Positions 27,543 through 41,284 of a DNA stretch of 64,000 bases are shown piece after piece. The notes below the pieces were generated by a model. The model worked only from the letters and a program-made list of their open reading frames with translations. It was not told the origin of the DNA and made no database searches. This DNA comes from Dictyostelium discoideum (lineage: Eukaryota). The stretch spans positions 1,248,001 to 1,312,000 of the forward strand of contig CM000150.2 in the NCBI GenBank assembly GCA_000004695.1, given 5' to 3'. Positions within the stretch are counted from its first letter, which is position 1, and each line of letters begins with the position of its first letter. The position numbers and the translations under genes are program-made.

Positions 27543-27815
27543 AAATTTTTTAAAAAAATTGTGACAAGAATTGAACACTTGACTTTAATTTTATTGTAGG
27601 TTCGATTCTCAGATAAATGAAATCAATATCTATTTTAATTTTTTTTTTTTTTTTAAATAATAGCCCAATTGTTAGTTGCTTCTCCTTGAGATACTAGATC
27701 TCATTACAATATCCATTTTAATATTAATGATTAGTTTTTTTATTTAATTTTGTTTGAAACTTTAGTTTCAATAGAATTATTTTGTAGGTAATTTTAAAAA
27801 TAAAAAAAATATAAT

Positions 27816-27854
<39 letters not shown>

Positions 27855-27989
27855 TTTAAAAAATTAAATCAATTAGAAAATAATGGAATTTGAATTAAAA
27901 ATTAATAATGATAATTATAAAAATAATAAATAATGGACACTTTAAAAATTAAAAACATTATTTTTTGAAACCCAAAATTTTTTTTTTTT

Positions 27990-28221
27990 AATTTTAAAAA
28001 AAAAAAAAAAAAGATGGCAATGAAGTGTGATCACACCGTATTTCTCATTAAAAAAAAAGAATATTTTTAAAGTCGATAACAAATTATTTTTTTTTTTTTT
28101 TAATATACAAAATCTTAAATACCAAAAAAAAGGGCGATGTTTCATATAAAGTTTCCAGACGGTTTTTTTTTTATTAAAAAAAATCAAAAAAAATTAAATC
28201 ACGGCTTTTTTTAGATTTTTT

Positions 28222-28261
<40 letters not shown>

Positions 28262-28360
28262 TCGCCATGAATTATGATCAATATTGATGTTGGACGGTTT
28301 TTTTTTTTAAAAAAATCTAATACAAAATTAAATCACTTCTTTTTTTTTTTTTTTTTTTGT
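27990..28360. repeat. Tandem array of about 3 related units (110-130 bp each). Each has a GC-containing core (gatggcaatgaagtgtgatcacaccg / gggcgatgtttcatataaagtttccagacgg / gatcgccatgaattatgatcaatattgatgttggacgg) followed by T-runs and ...aaaattaaatcac(gg/tt)cttttttt
   Basis: Direct comparison of 28011..28130, 28131..28255 and 28256..28350 shows shared framework with diverged cores. The array lies between psi copies B and C. Its identity is unknown; it could be a transposon-terminus remnant or a small-RNA gene cluster. Confidence 0.45.
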
Positions 28361-28790
28361 TTTTAATTTTTGTTTATTAAGTAATTTGAAAAAAAAAAAG
28401 AAATCGTTTTTTTTTTTTTAGTTTGAACATTGGGGTGTTTTAAAAAATAAGTGGAGATATTTAGAATTTGATAAAAAAAAATTAAAAATAACCAATGATT
28501 GTGAAAAAAAATAAAAAAAAAACTTTGTTTCCAAAGATAAAAAATTATTCTATTAAATTGATATATTATTTGAAAAAAAAAAAAGTAAAGGTTGAACATA
28601 CTGAAGATTTTTAAAAAAAAAAAAATTAAAATAAATAATTTTAAAGTTTTGATTGGTTAATTAAAATTAATTTTAATTATATTTTAAAAAAAAAAAAAAA
28701 ACTGTTAATTTAGTTTAGTATAAATAGTTTAGTAAAAAAAAAAAAAATTCAGTTTGTTTTAAAATAAAAAACTAAACAATAATATTTAAA

Positions 28791-29559
28791 ATGAAATTAT
28801 TATCAGTATTAATTACATTTTTATTAGCTACAGTGATTTATTCACAAAGTAAATAAAATAATATTGTTTTTTCAAATTATTTTTATAAAAACTAATATTA
28901 AAACTAATTTTTTATATTTTATTTTCTTTTTTTTTTCTTTTTTTTTAAAAATTAGCTAATCCAGCAACTTTAACATTTACTGTTCAAGTTTATGATCAAT
29001 TCCCAGGCTATAATAATAATTTCCAAACTAATGGTGCTGGTGCAAGAGTTACTGGTTTAATTAAATCAACTTTAAATTCAACAACTCGTGTACCTGAATT
29101 GGTTTCAACAGCTACTGGTGGTTTAAATGGAGTAGGTCTTATATTGAACCCATCATTATTCCCATACTTTTTCAGTCCACAACAAGATTCAAGTTTACCA
29201 GGTCAAAATTCACCATTAAGTCTTGATTTAGTTTTCACTTATGATACTACTAGAAATATTTATGTCTATAATAATCAAAACTTTTTCCCAAGTAAGTAAA
29301 TTAATAACAAATTTGTTTTTTTATAAAAAAAATAATATAAAATTTATATTAATATAAAATTACAATAAAATATAAAATTAAAATTAATAAAATAATATAG
29401 TTGATAATCAAGGTCTTGATGTTGATCCAGCAAAAAGAATTTATTTAAATGGTGCTACATATCATAATTATCATTTTTGTATGAAAATGAATACTGTTTT
29501 TACTTATAAAGGTTATGAAGTATTTAATTTCCAAGGTGATGATGATGTTTGGTAAGTAA

Positions 29560-29600
<41 letters not shown>

Positions 29601-30869
29601 AGTATTAATTTTTTATTTATTATTATAACTATTTTTAATTTTATTTTTTTATTTTAAAAGGGTATTTATTAATAACAAATTAGTTATTGATCTTGGTGGT
29701 GTACATGGTCCATTAGCTGCAAGTGTTGATGCAACAACATTAGGTTTAACAATTGGTAATTCTTATAATTTTGATTTATTCTTTTGTGAACGTCAAACTG
29801 GTAAGTTTTATTATTTTTTATTTTTTTTAAAAAAAAAAACCTATTAATTTATTTTATTAATTTTTTTATTTAATTTTTTTTTTTTTAAAAAAAAGTTGGT
29901 AGTACAATTAAAATTGAAACCAATTTATTATTTGTTTGTCCATTTGAAGATTATTGTGGAGTTTGTCAAGGTGATGGTAGTTCATGTTGTAATCCATTAA
30001 CAACTTGTAATGATAATAATCAATGTACAATTGATTCATGTCCACCAGCAAACACAACTATTGGTTCAGGTTCAATCTCTGATTATTGTATTCATACACC
30101 AAAAATTAATACAAATCCAATTGATATTTGTTTCAATTATCAATGTAATTCATCAACTGGTAATTTCGATCCAATTCCAATTCCATGTCTTGATAGAAGT
30201 TCTGAATGTTTATCAACAATTGGTTGTAATTCTACTGTTGGTTGTCAATATGAAAGTATTTGTAATTCAAATGTTTGTAATATTCAAAATCAATGTTCAT
30301 CAAATGGTACTTGTGTTCCAAAATCATCAAATGACTGTGGAATTGAATTAGATGGTCAAGTTGATAAATGTAAAATTTATTCATGTGATTCAAATGGAGG
30401 TGTTGGTTGTATTAAAGAAGATAAATGTAAACCAAGTGAAGATAAATGTCATGTCGTATCATGTGATTCATTAACTGGTTCATGTATTACAACTCCACTC
30501 GAAGATCCATTAGCTGGTTTACATTTATGTTCAATTGCACGTTGTAATTCATCAACTGGTGAATTTACATATGATCCAATTATTTGTACACCAAGTAGTA
30601 ATCCATGTATTTCAACTCAATGTAATGCTACTAACGGTCAATGTTATGAAACTCAAATTCCAGGTGATATTTGTGATTGTGGTTGTGGTATTCCAGAAAA
30701 TAAATGTAAAGTATCATGGTGTACACCAGAAGGTATTTGTCAACCAAAATTCAAATCTGAAATTGATGATAATAACTCTTGTACATTAGATTCATGCGAT
30801 CCATGTACTGGTATTATCTCTCATATGACCGCACCACAATGTTTAAGTTGTAATCAATGTTCAAATTAA
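28791..30869 (+). CDS. psi-family PA14 plus Cys-repeat protein, copy C, 5 exons (approx 28791..28848, 28964..29290, 29401..29553, 29662..29803, 29897..30869). It has one extra 57-codon Cys-repeat unit relative to copy A
   Basis: Over the last three exons it is near-identical to copy A (ORFs 24746..25087 and 30010..30351 differ at only 2 of 113 residues). Exon 2 is much more diverged, which suggests gene conversion of the 3' part. Extra in-frame segment 30430..30600 ([17 protein letters not shown]...[14 protein letters not shown]) is inserted between CKPS and SNPCISTQC compared with copy A. Confidence 0.65.
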
Positions 30870-31377
30870 TATTTTAAAAAAAAATAAATAAAAATAAGAA
30901 ATTATTAAAATAATTAAAACAAATAAAAATTAAAATGATATTTGAATTTGAAATTTAATTTTTAATTTCATAATTTAATTTACTAATTATTTTTTACAAT
31001 TTTAATTATTTTTATTTTTTTAATAATTTTAAATATTTATTAATTAAAAAAAATTTAACAAGATGTGACAAGAATTGAAATTTTTGTTCACTTGGGACAA
31101 TTTGTTCAAGTCACTAATTAAAGTTACCTCATCATGACCTTTTTTGTGTGAGATGTGGGGAGGGGTTGAATTATGGGTTGTAAGATATTTATTTTTTTTT
31201 TTTTAACTTGATGTTTTTTTAAACTAAATTTTGGAAATCCATATGTAAGAAAAAAAAATAATAATTAAATTTATTTAGTATAGAAAAATTTTATTTTAAA
31301 TTGATTTATTTAAAGCAAAAAAAAAAAAAAAAAAAAAAAATTAAATTTATTTATATTAAACTAAATAATATTTATAA

Positions 31378-32571
31378 TGAAATTATCAGTATTATATTTT
31401 TATTATCTACAGTGATTTTTTCACAAGGTATAGTTTTACAATTTTATTTTTTAAAAATTATTTTTAAAATTATTACTGCTCTTTAACTAATTTTTTTTTT
31501 TGTTTTTTTTTTTTAGCTTATCAAGACATTTTAACATTTAATGTTGAACTTTATGATCAATTCCCAGGTTATAATAATAATTTCCAAACTAATGGAACTG
31601 GTGGTAGAGTTACTGGTTTAGTTAAATCAACTTTAAATTCAACAACTCGTGTACCTGAATTAGTTTCGACATCAATTGGTTCAAATGATGCAGGTCATAT
31701 TTTGAATCCGTCATTATTCCAATACTTTTTTACTCCACAATTTGATTCAAGTTTACTAGGTGACAATTATCCATATGATTTTGAATTAGTTTTAAAATAT
31801 GATAAAAATAGAAATACATATGTTTATAATAATGAAAACTTTTTCCCTAGTAAGGAAATAAATTTTAATTTTTAAAAAAATACAAATTCAAAATATTAAT
31901 AAAATAATATAGTTGATGGTCGAGGTTTTGATATTGACCAAAAAAAAAGAATTTTTTTTAATGGTACTATATATCATAATTATCATTTTTGTATGAAAAT
32001 GAACTCTGCTTTTACTTATCAAGGTTCAGAACTTTTTAATCTCCAAACTGACCATGAAGTTTGGTAAGTAATTATTAAAAAAAAAAATTAAAAAATTAAA
32101 AAATTATTTATAAAAAATATTTTAATTAATATTAATAAAATTTTTTTTTTTTTTATTTTTGATTATTTTTGTTACTATTTATTTTACTATTTGTAATTTT
32201 TTTTTTTTTTAAAAAAAAAAGGGTACTTATTAATGAAAAATTAGTTATTGATCTTGGTGGTATCCATGAAATTTGATGATACACCAATCCAATGTACAAT
32301 CAAATTTCATTTCACTTACCAAACTAATGGAGCTTGTGGTAGAGTTACTGGTTAATTAAATCAACTGGTGAATTTACATACAAGTAATCCATATATTTCG
32401 ATCCAATGTCATTCTACCAATGGCCAATGTATTAATACTCAAATTCCAGGTGATATTTGTGATTGTGGTTGTATAACAGAAAATAAATGTAAAGTATCAT
32501 GGTGTACACCAGAAGGAATTTTTGAACCAAAATTCATATCTGAAATTTCAATTTCCATAAAGAATAAATAA
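31378..32571 (+). pseudogene. Decayed psi-family copy D. It has a frameshifted signal-peptide exon, a mutated donor (GTAAGG), an in-frame stop after ..[10 protein letters not shown], and internal deletions joining PA14 fragments directly to the last Cys repeats
   Basis: atgaaattatcagtattatatttttattatctacagtgattttttcacaag has small deletions relative to copies A to C and gives a stop after 12 codons. Exons 2-3 are still recognisable ([46 protein letters not shown]; [51 protein letters not shown]). Exon 4 hits TGA. What follows is scrambled fragments (..TNGACGRVTG*, then [43 protein letters not shown]) that match the last repeats of copy C. Confidence 0.6.
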
Positions 32572-32719
32572 TCATTTCAAATAGTGAAATAAAAGTATGA
32601 AATTTTCAATTCATTGCATGTATTGGTTTTCCATTTTTGTTTAAAAACTAAATTTAATTAATTAACCAACATAAAATTATAAAAAAACACAACTAATGAA
32701 CAGAATATTGGAGATTTTT

Positions 32720-32989
32720 AACCAAAATTGGTAGCAAAACGGCCAGTAATAATTTCGTCAATCGACAATTTTTTTAATGTAAAAAAAAAAGATTCAAGTA
32801 TTTTTTATATATTTGAATGGTGGCGGAAAAAATATTGTCATGAAATTTTTACAGAAAAAAAAAAAAAAAAAAAAAAAAAAAGATATAAGTATTTTTTTAT
32901 ATATTTGAAGATTTTTTTTAAAATTTATTTTATTATAATAATATAACAATATTCCAAAAAATTGATAGCAAAAGGGCTAGTAATTAAAT

Positions 32990-33001
<12 letters not shown>
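32720..33001. repeat. Roughly 230-bp tandem duplication of the 3' end of hspD and its proximal 3'UTR. The units are about 32727..32915 and 32960..33001+, and the two copies have diverged
   Basis: aaaattggtagcaaaacggccagtaataatttcgtcaatcgac (32727..32769) matches aaaattgatagcaaaagggctagtaattaaatctagtcgac (32960..33001). The latter contains the hspD stop (minus strand ..gtcgacTAG). Also gattcaagtattttttatatatttgaatggtgg matches gatataagtatttttttatatatttgaagatttt. Confidence 0.5.
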
Positions 33002-35391
<2,390 letters not shown>

Positions 35392-36216
35392 TTTTTTATG
35401 TTCTACAAAAAAAAACAAATAAAATTAATTATGAATTAGAATATAGGACCTAAATGTGAAGTAAAAAAGAAAAAAAAAATGAAATATTTTTAAATATTTT
35501 TTTTGGGCAGTGGGTGAACTCAAAAAAAAAAATTAAAAAAAAAAAAAAAACTGAAAAAAAAAAAAATAAAAAATAAAAAAAAATAAAATTTTTAAAAATA
35601 AAAATAAAAATAAAAATTAAATAAAAATAAACATGAAGATCTAAGGGGAAAATTTCGTAGTTCTTGTCACGTAACTTAAATAAATGATCTTCCTTTTTTA
35701 TTTTTCCTTTTTTGTTCTTTTAATTTATTTTTAAATAAAATAAAAAATAATAATTTTGATTTTATAAAAAAATGAATTTTTTTTTATTTTATTTTTTTTT
35801 GAATGTTATAAAAAAAAAAAAAAATAAAAACTACTTACTTTATTATTTTTATATATATATATTAAAAAGAGAGCGCTTAAAAAAATTATATTTATTATTT
35901 ATTATTTATTATCTATTATTTAAAAAAAAACTTTTAAAAGTTAATAGTAAAAAAAAAAAAAATTCTAAAAAAATTATCCTTTAAATACAATCATTCTCAC
36001 CATTTTCAAAAAAAAAAATTTTTTACCAATCGAAATTTTTTAGAAAATTTATTTCAAATCACATGACTTTTCTTTTATTTTTTTTTTAAATTTCATTTTA
36101 TTTTTTTTTTAAATTTCATTTTTTTTTAGTGGTATAAGTAAGGTTTTTTGAGTTTAATTTTTTTTTTTTTTTCACTTTAATTTTTTATGTGCGGCACCCA
36201 AACTTAAATCGAAATC

Positions 36217-36250
<34 letters not shown>

Positions 36251-36539
36251 GGACCAATCAATCTATAAAAAAAAAAAATTTTAAAAGAGAGATATTTTAA
36301 AATTAAAGTGTGCTAAAAAAAACTTTTTTTTTTTTTTTTTTTCCGCGCTGTGTGCAAAAAAAAAAAAAAAAAAAAAAATATATAAACTAATTAATTCTAA
36401 AAGGAAAACAATAAAAAGACAATTGTTATATAATTTATAATTTTAATATATATTTCTAAATTGAAAAAACAATTTTTATTTTTTATTATTAAAGTTTATT
36501 ATATTAATTTTTAATTTTTTCAATTAATTTTTAAATTGG

Positions 36540-37202
36540 ATCGATTAGCCAAAAAATATTAATCACCATCAGTATTATCCATTATTATCTGGTACAATTG
36601 TTGGGTATTCTTGAGTTTGAATAAAATGTATTTTTTGTAACCTGATTCAATCATGTGGTGGTGGTGTGAATATAAATACTAATAATATGGTTTGTCCATA
36701 TCGATTAATGTTTGGATCGTGCAAAAATAATTGACCAAAGTCTCATTCAAATGATTTGTTAGACATTCATTTTTATAAATATTGAAACTCAAAACATTGG
36801 TTAGCTATACCTCTATTGAAAACCAATGTTTTGGCTTGTAATATTTGAAAGATTCCAAAAAACATATCTTACAAATTATTTTAATAAAACATTAGTCAAA
36901 GATTCCTTCACGATTCAAACATTAATCCAATCATGATGGTAACAATAACCATTTGAACATTCACCACATTATTACAATTTTCATATTCACAAACTCTACT
37001 TTTATATCCAATAAAAGGAACTATATTATTTATATGATGAATACATTTTTCTTTGATCTTTAATTTGGATTAATGAAAATCATCACCACCACCACCACCA
37101 ATACAAATTCCAACAATTGAAAAAATACTATATTTTGATGGCCAACCTATTTGCATTAAAAACAACTATCATTGTCATATCTATAATTATAACTACCATA
37201 TT

Positions 37203-37236
<34 letters not shown>

Positions 37237-37400
37237 GACTATGTTATTTTTATATTAATATAAATGAATTGAAAAGATTTGTTTTAGGTTAACTTTAACC
37301 AATATTTTTCAAGTTTTTTTGGTTGAATATGTATAAACTTCTTTTTCACTATTAATCTTCACCCAAAGAATTGTAGATTAAAAAATAAAATAAAATATAA
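36540..37400. other. ORF-free island about 860 bp long with atypical composition (lower A/T, no homopolymer runs). It contains a 13-bp perfect inverted repeat (caaaacattggtt at about 36793 and aaccaatgttttg at about 36823, 17-nt spacer) and inverted GTGGTGGTGGTG / CACCACCACCAC motifs at about 36652 and about 37083
   Basis: No ORF of 60 aa or more on either strand, although the sequence complexity is like coding DNA. The inverted repeats were read directly. It may be a ncRNA gene, a MITE-like element or a decayed gene fragment. Confidence 0.35.
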
Positions 37401-37587
37401 AAAAAAAAAAAAAAACAAAATCCTTTTTTATATTATTATTTTTTTTTCAACCAATTAAATAATGCTTACCTTATAAAACCCAAAAGACCCAAACTAAAAA
37501 TTACATAATTTATTATTTATTATTTTATAATTAATTAATTTCTTTATTCATTTGTTTATTTATCTTTTATTAAAAATATTTTTAAAG

Positions 37588-37591
37588 AATG

Positions 37592-37650
<59 letters not shown>

Positions 37651-37865
37651 CCCATTATTCACAAATTAAAACAAAACCTAAAAACAATAAATTAAAAAAG
37701 TTATCTTTTTTTTTTTTCTTTTAATTTTTATTTTTTTAATTTGGGTCAATTGTGGAAGTGATTGAATTTCAAAAGATCCTGTTTTTTTTTTAAAAACATA
37801 ACATGGACCACACATCAAACACTTGAAATTTTTAAAATCAAAAAAATAATAAAAAAAAAAAATTC

Positions 37866-37917
<52 letters not shown>
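37588..37917. repeat. Extreme homopolymers: A(~63) at 37588..37651 and T(~50) at 37868..37917. Further ones are T(~50) at 38466..38516, A(~52) at 59838..59890 and A(~52) at 19664..19716
   Basis: Direct read. This is typical of Dictyostelium intergenic and intron DNA. Confidence 0.9.
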
Positions 37918-37918
<1 letters not shown>

Positions 37919-38206
37919 AATAAAAAATTTATGAAAAAAAAAAAAAAAAATATTTTTTAAATTTTAACGATATCAAATTCAAAATTTTGTGTCTTTTTTT
38001 TTATTATTTGTTTTTATTTCTTTTTTTCCATCAAAAGAAAATAATTTATCCAATAAAATAAAATAAAATAAAATAAAAAAATAAAAATAAAAACCATAAT
38101 TTTAATAAAACTATAAATTTTAAAAAAAAAAAATAAATAAATAAAAAAAAAAAAAAAAGATAATAAAAAAAAAAAAAAAAGATAATAATAATAATAATAA
38201 TAAAAA

Positions 38207-38464
38207 ATGGCATTTTTACCACCCAATTTAAAGATTATGTTTAATCCAAGACATCCACCACCATTTTTACCACCACCACCACCATCAAATTTACCTCCAT
38301 ATACTGGATTAAGAGATTATTTATCAATATTTACTGATCCATCAAATGAAGAACCTTTCAAAAAAGAACATATTGAAAATTTAGAAGAAAAAAGAGAAAA
38401 AAAGAGAAAATTAAAAATTTCTGAAAATGATGAAAGAATTTCAAAATCATTAAAAGCTTGTAAT

Positions 38465-38518
<54 letters not shown>

Positions 38519-38909
38519 TAATAATTAAAATGTGTGTATAAAATTTTACTAATATGTATATTTTTTTAATTTAATAATAAATTTAGGGGATCCATATTCA
38601 AATTCAGAAACAACTGGTGATCCATATAAAACAATATTTGTGTCTAGAATTAGTTATAAAACTACTCAACAAAAGTTAGAATTTGAATTTGGTCAATTTG
38701 GGCCAATTAAAAGTTTATTTTTAGTAAAAGATTCAAATAATCCTGAAAAACATACTGGTTATGCTTTTATTGAATTTGAAAGAGAAAGAGATATGAAAGG
38801 TAAATTCTAAAAAAAAAAAAAAAAAAAATTTATTATTTATTATTTATTTATTTTTTTTATTAATAATTTAATATATACATAAATTTTTATTAATTTTATA
38901 ATTATTTAT

Positions 38910-38948
<39 letters not shown>

Positions 38949-39863
38949 GCTGCTTATAAACAAGCTGATGGTATGAAAATAGATGATAGACGTATTGTAG
39001 TTGATATTGAAAGAGGAAGAGTTATAAAAAATTGGAAACCAAGAAAATTTGGTGGTGGTCTTGGTAATACAAGAGCAGGTGGTGTTGATGTGAATCAAAC
39101 ATTCTCTGGTCGTGAAATGTCTGAATCTAGAGAAAAAGAAAAAGAAAGAGAAAAAGAAAAAGAAAAAGAAAAAGAAAGAATGGAAAAAATGAAAAAAAGA
39201 GATGGTGGTTTATCATCAAATGGTAATAGAAGTAATGGTATTAGTAGTGGTAGTGGTGGTAGTGGTGGTGATAGAGGAGATAGAGGTGATAGAGACAGAG
39301 GAGATAGAGGTGATAGAAGTGATAGAAGTGATAGAGATAGAGAAAGAGGAAGAGGTGATAGAGATCATCGTGGTAGTGGTGGTGAAAGAGAAAGAGAAAG
39401 AGATCAAAGAGATAGGGGTGGTGATAGAGGTGGTGATAGAGGTGATAGAAGTGATAGAGGAAGAAGTGATAGAGGTGATAGAGGTGATAGAAGTGATAGA
39501 GGCAGAGATGATAGAGAAAGAGGAAGAGATGATAGAGGTGATAGAGGTAGAGATGATAGAAGAGGTGGCAGCGATAGAGATAGAGATAGAGGAAGCAGAG
39601 ATGATAGAGGTGATAGAGATGACAGAAGTGATAGAGGTAGAGATGATAGAAGAGGTGGCAGCGATAGAGATCATCGTATTGATGAAAGAAGAAGAGATCA
39701 AAGAGATTATGGATCAATTAGTGATGCACATTTTGATCATTTCCAATATCAACCACAACAACATCATCATCATCAACAAAATCATCAATCACATCATAAT
39801 CAACCACATCCAGAACGTGTAAATAGAGACTATTCAATGATTTCAAATGAAAATGGTTTTTAA
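38207..39863 (+). CDS. snrnp70: U1 small nuclear ribonucleoprotein 70 kDa (U1-70K), three exons: join(38207..~38462, ~38586..38806, ~38947..39863)
   Basis: The N-terminus [23 protein letters not shown].. matches the U1-70K start ([21 protein letters not shown]). The RRM has RNP-2 TIFVSRISY and RNP-1 [14 protein letters not shown] (human KTLFVARVNY / RGYAFIEYEHERDM). The post-RRM stretch is [39 protein letters not shown], followed by a long RD/RE/RS-type repeat tail ([21 protein letters not shown]...). Introns are GTAAGT-type, the first one carrying a T(50) run. Confidence 0.85.
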
Positions 39864-40110
39864 ATTATTTAAATTAAATTAAAAAAAAAAAAAAAAAAAT
39901 TAAAAAAAAAAATTAAAAAATTAAAAATATAATAATTATTAATATTTGATAAGGTATGTGTATTTTGGGTATTTTTTTTATTTATTTCCTTTCTTTCTTT
40001 TTTTAAAATAATTCTTAAAAATATTCTTTAAAATAAAAAAATAAAAAAATAAAATAATAAAAAAAAGGTAATTATAATACCATAATAATAATTTTAGTAA
40101 GTGTATTAAC

Positions 40111-40145
<35 letters not shown>

Positions 40146-40495
40146 ATTATTGTTATTATAATTTATTATTGGTAACCTTCTTTTTTTTTTTAATTAACTC
40201 TTTCTTTAACAGACTATTTAAATCAAATCAATTCCTGTAAACTCCGAACCAAAACAAAACAAAACAAAACAAACAAAAAAAAAAACAAAAAAAAAAAAAA
40301 AGGAAATCTCTCAAAATATCAATTATATGGACTACTTGATACAATTTGTGGGGGTATCACATTTTAATGTTGTCATTTTAAAATTTAAGTAATAAAATTA
40401 ATTATTTCATTTTTTTTTTTTTTTTTTTTTTATCTTAATCATTTTTTTTCTTTTTTTAATTTTTATTTTTTTTATTATTTCAACTCCGATTTTAA

Positions 40496-40531
<36 letters not shown>

Positions 40532-40688
40532 TTCTAAAAAAAAAAAAAAAAAGTTAAACTAGTTAAAATCAATTGATTTTAATTAGTTTAACCAAAAATT
40601 ATAGACTATAAAAGACTCTATTTTTACTTTTTAATTAATTTTTGAATTTTGGGTATTTTTTATTTTTTTTTTTTATTTTTTTATTTTT

Positions 40689-41284
40689 TTATTTAAAGAT
40701 AGTGATTGGAATATCAACATTTTTTAATAGATATTCACATACTGACCCTCTACCATCCAAAAGTCTTTCAATCCTTCCTTTATCTTCATGACCAAGTACT
40801 ACCATATCTATTTTATTTTTTTCAATTTCTTTAATTATAACATCTTTAACACTCTCTTTAGTATCTATCAATAATTTATGACTTATAACATTATTTACAG
40901 CTAAACTTTTTGTATATTCATCCAATGCTTTCTCGGCAAGTTCATGTCTTGTGCAATTTGGGTTTGTGTCTAATTCTAATTTCTAAAAATAAAAAAATAA
41001 TAATAAAGTTATTAATATTATTTTTATTTTATTGTTTTTATATTTATATATATATTTACTGTTACTGCTTTTCTATCTACAGCATGAAATAAAAAAATTT
41101 CAGTTTGGTGAGTTAAATCACACATTGCCAATGCTTCAAGCCAATGAAATGCTCTTTCTGAGACTTGACTTCCATCTAAACAAATCTAATTAATATTTAG
41201 TTGCATTAGTACTTTTTTTTTTTAATTAAAATAAAAAAAATATTAATAATAATAATAATAATATCTTTTATTTACCATATATCT
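40689..41284 (-). CDS. Universal stress protein (UspA-domain) family protein, about 4 exons (approx 41270..41284, 41078..41198, 40689..40984)
   Basis: The C-terminal exon ..IDMVVLGHEDKGRIERLLDGRGSVCEYLLKNVDIPITIFK carries the Usp ATP-binding G-x2-G-x9-G(S/T) region. The upstream exon is ICLDGSQVSERAFHWLEALAMCDL..FLFHAVDRKAVT | GTAAAT. The first exon is short (MNRYM | GTAAAT). All joins are GT..AG. Confidence 0.55.

Noticed and set aside
27561-27625. Possible tRNA gene, suggested by GGTTCGATTCTC (T-loop/B-box-like) at 27598
   Set aside because: No A-box, no foldable acceptor/D/anticodon arms in the 60 nt upstream, and the proposed T-stem flanks are not complementary. The motif is also part of a block homologous to the non-coding regions at 25651 and 31081.
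35400-36400. Heat-shock elements upstream of hspD (e.g. GAAaatTTCgtaGTTC at about 35650 and GAAatTTTttaGAAaaTTTatTTC at about 36032)
   Set aside because: nGAAn units are present but the spacing and TTC/TTT substitutions do not give a clean three-unit HSE. I could not support a confident call without a scoring matrix.
39202-39822. ORFs 39202..39822 (plus), 39216..39701 (minus) and 39241..39717 (minus) overlapping the snrnp70 tail
   Set aside because: They are frame artefacts of the GAT/AGA/GGT repeat that encodes the RD/RS-like tail of U1-70K. The in-frame continuation from the RRM exon is unambiguous.
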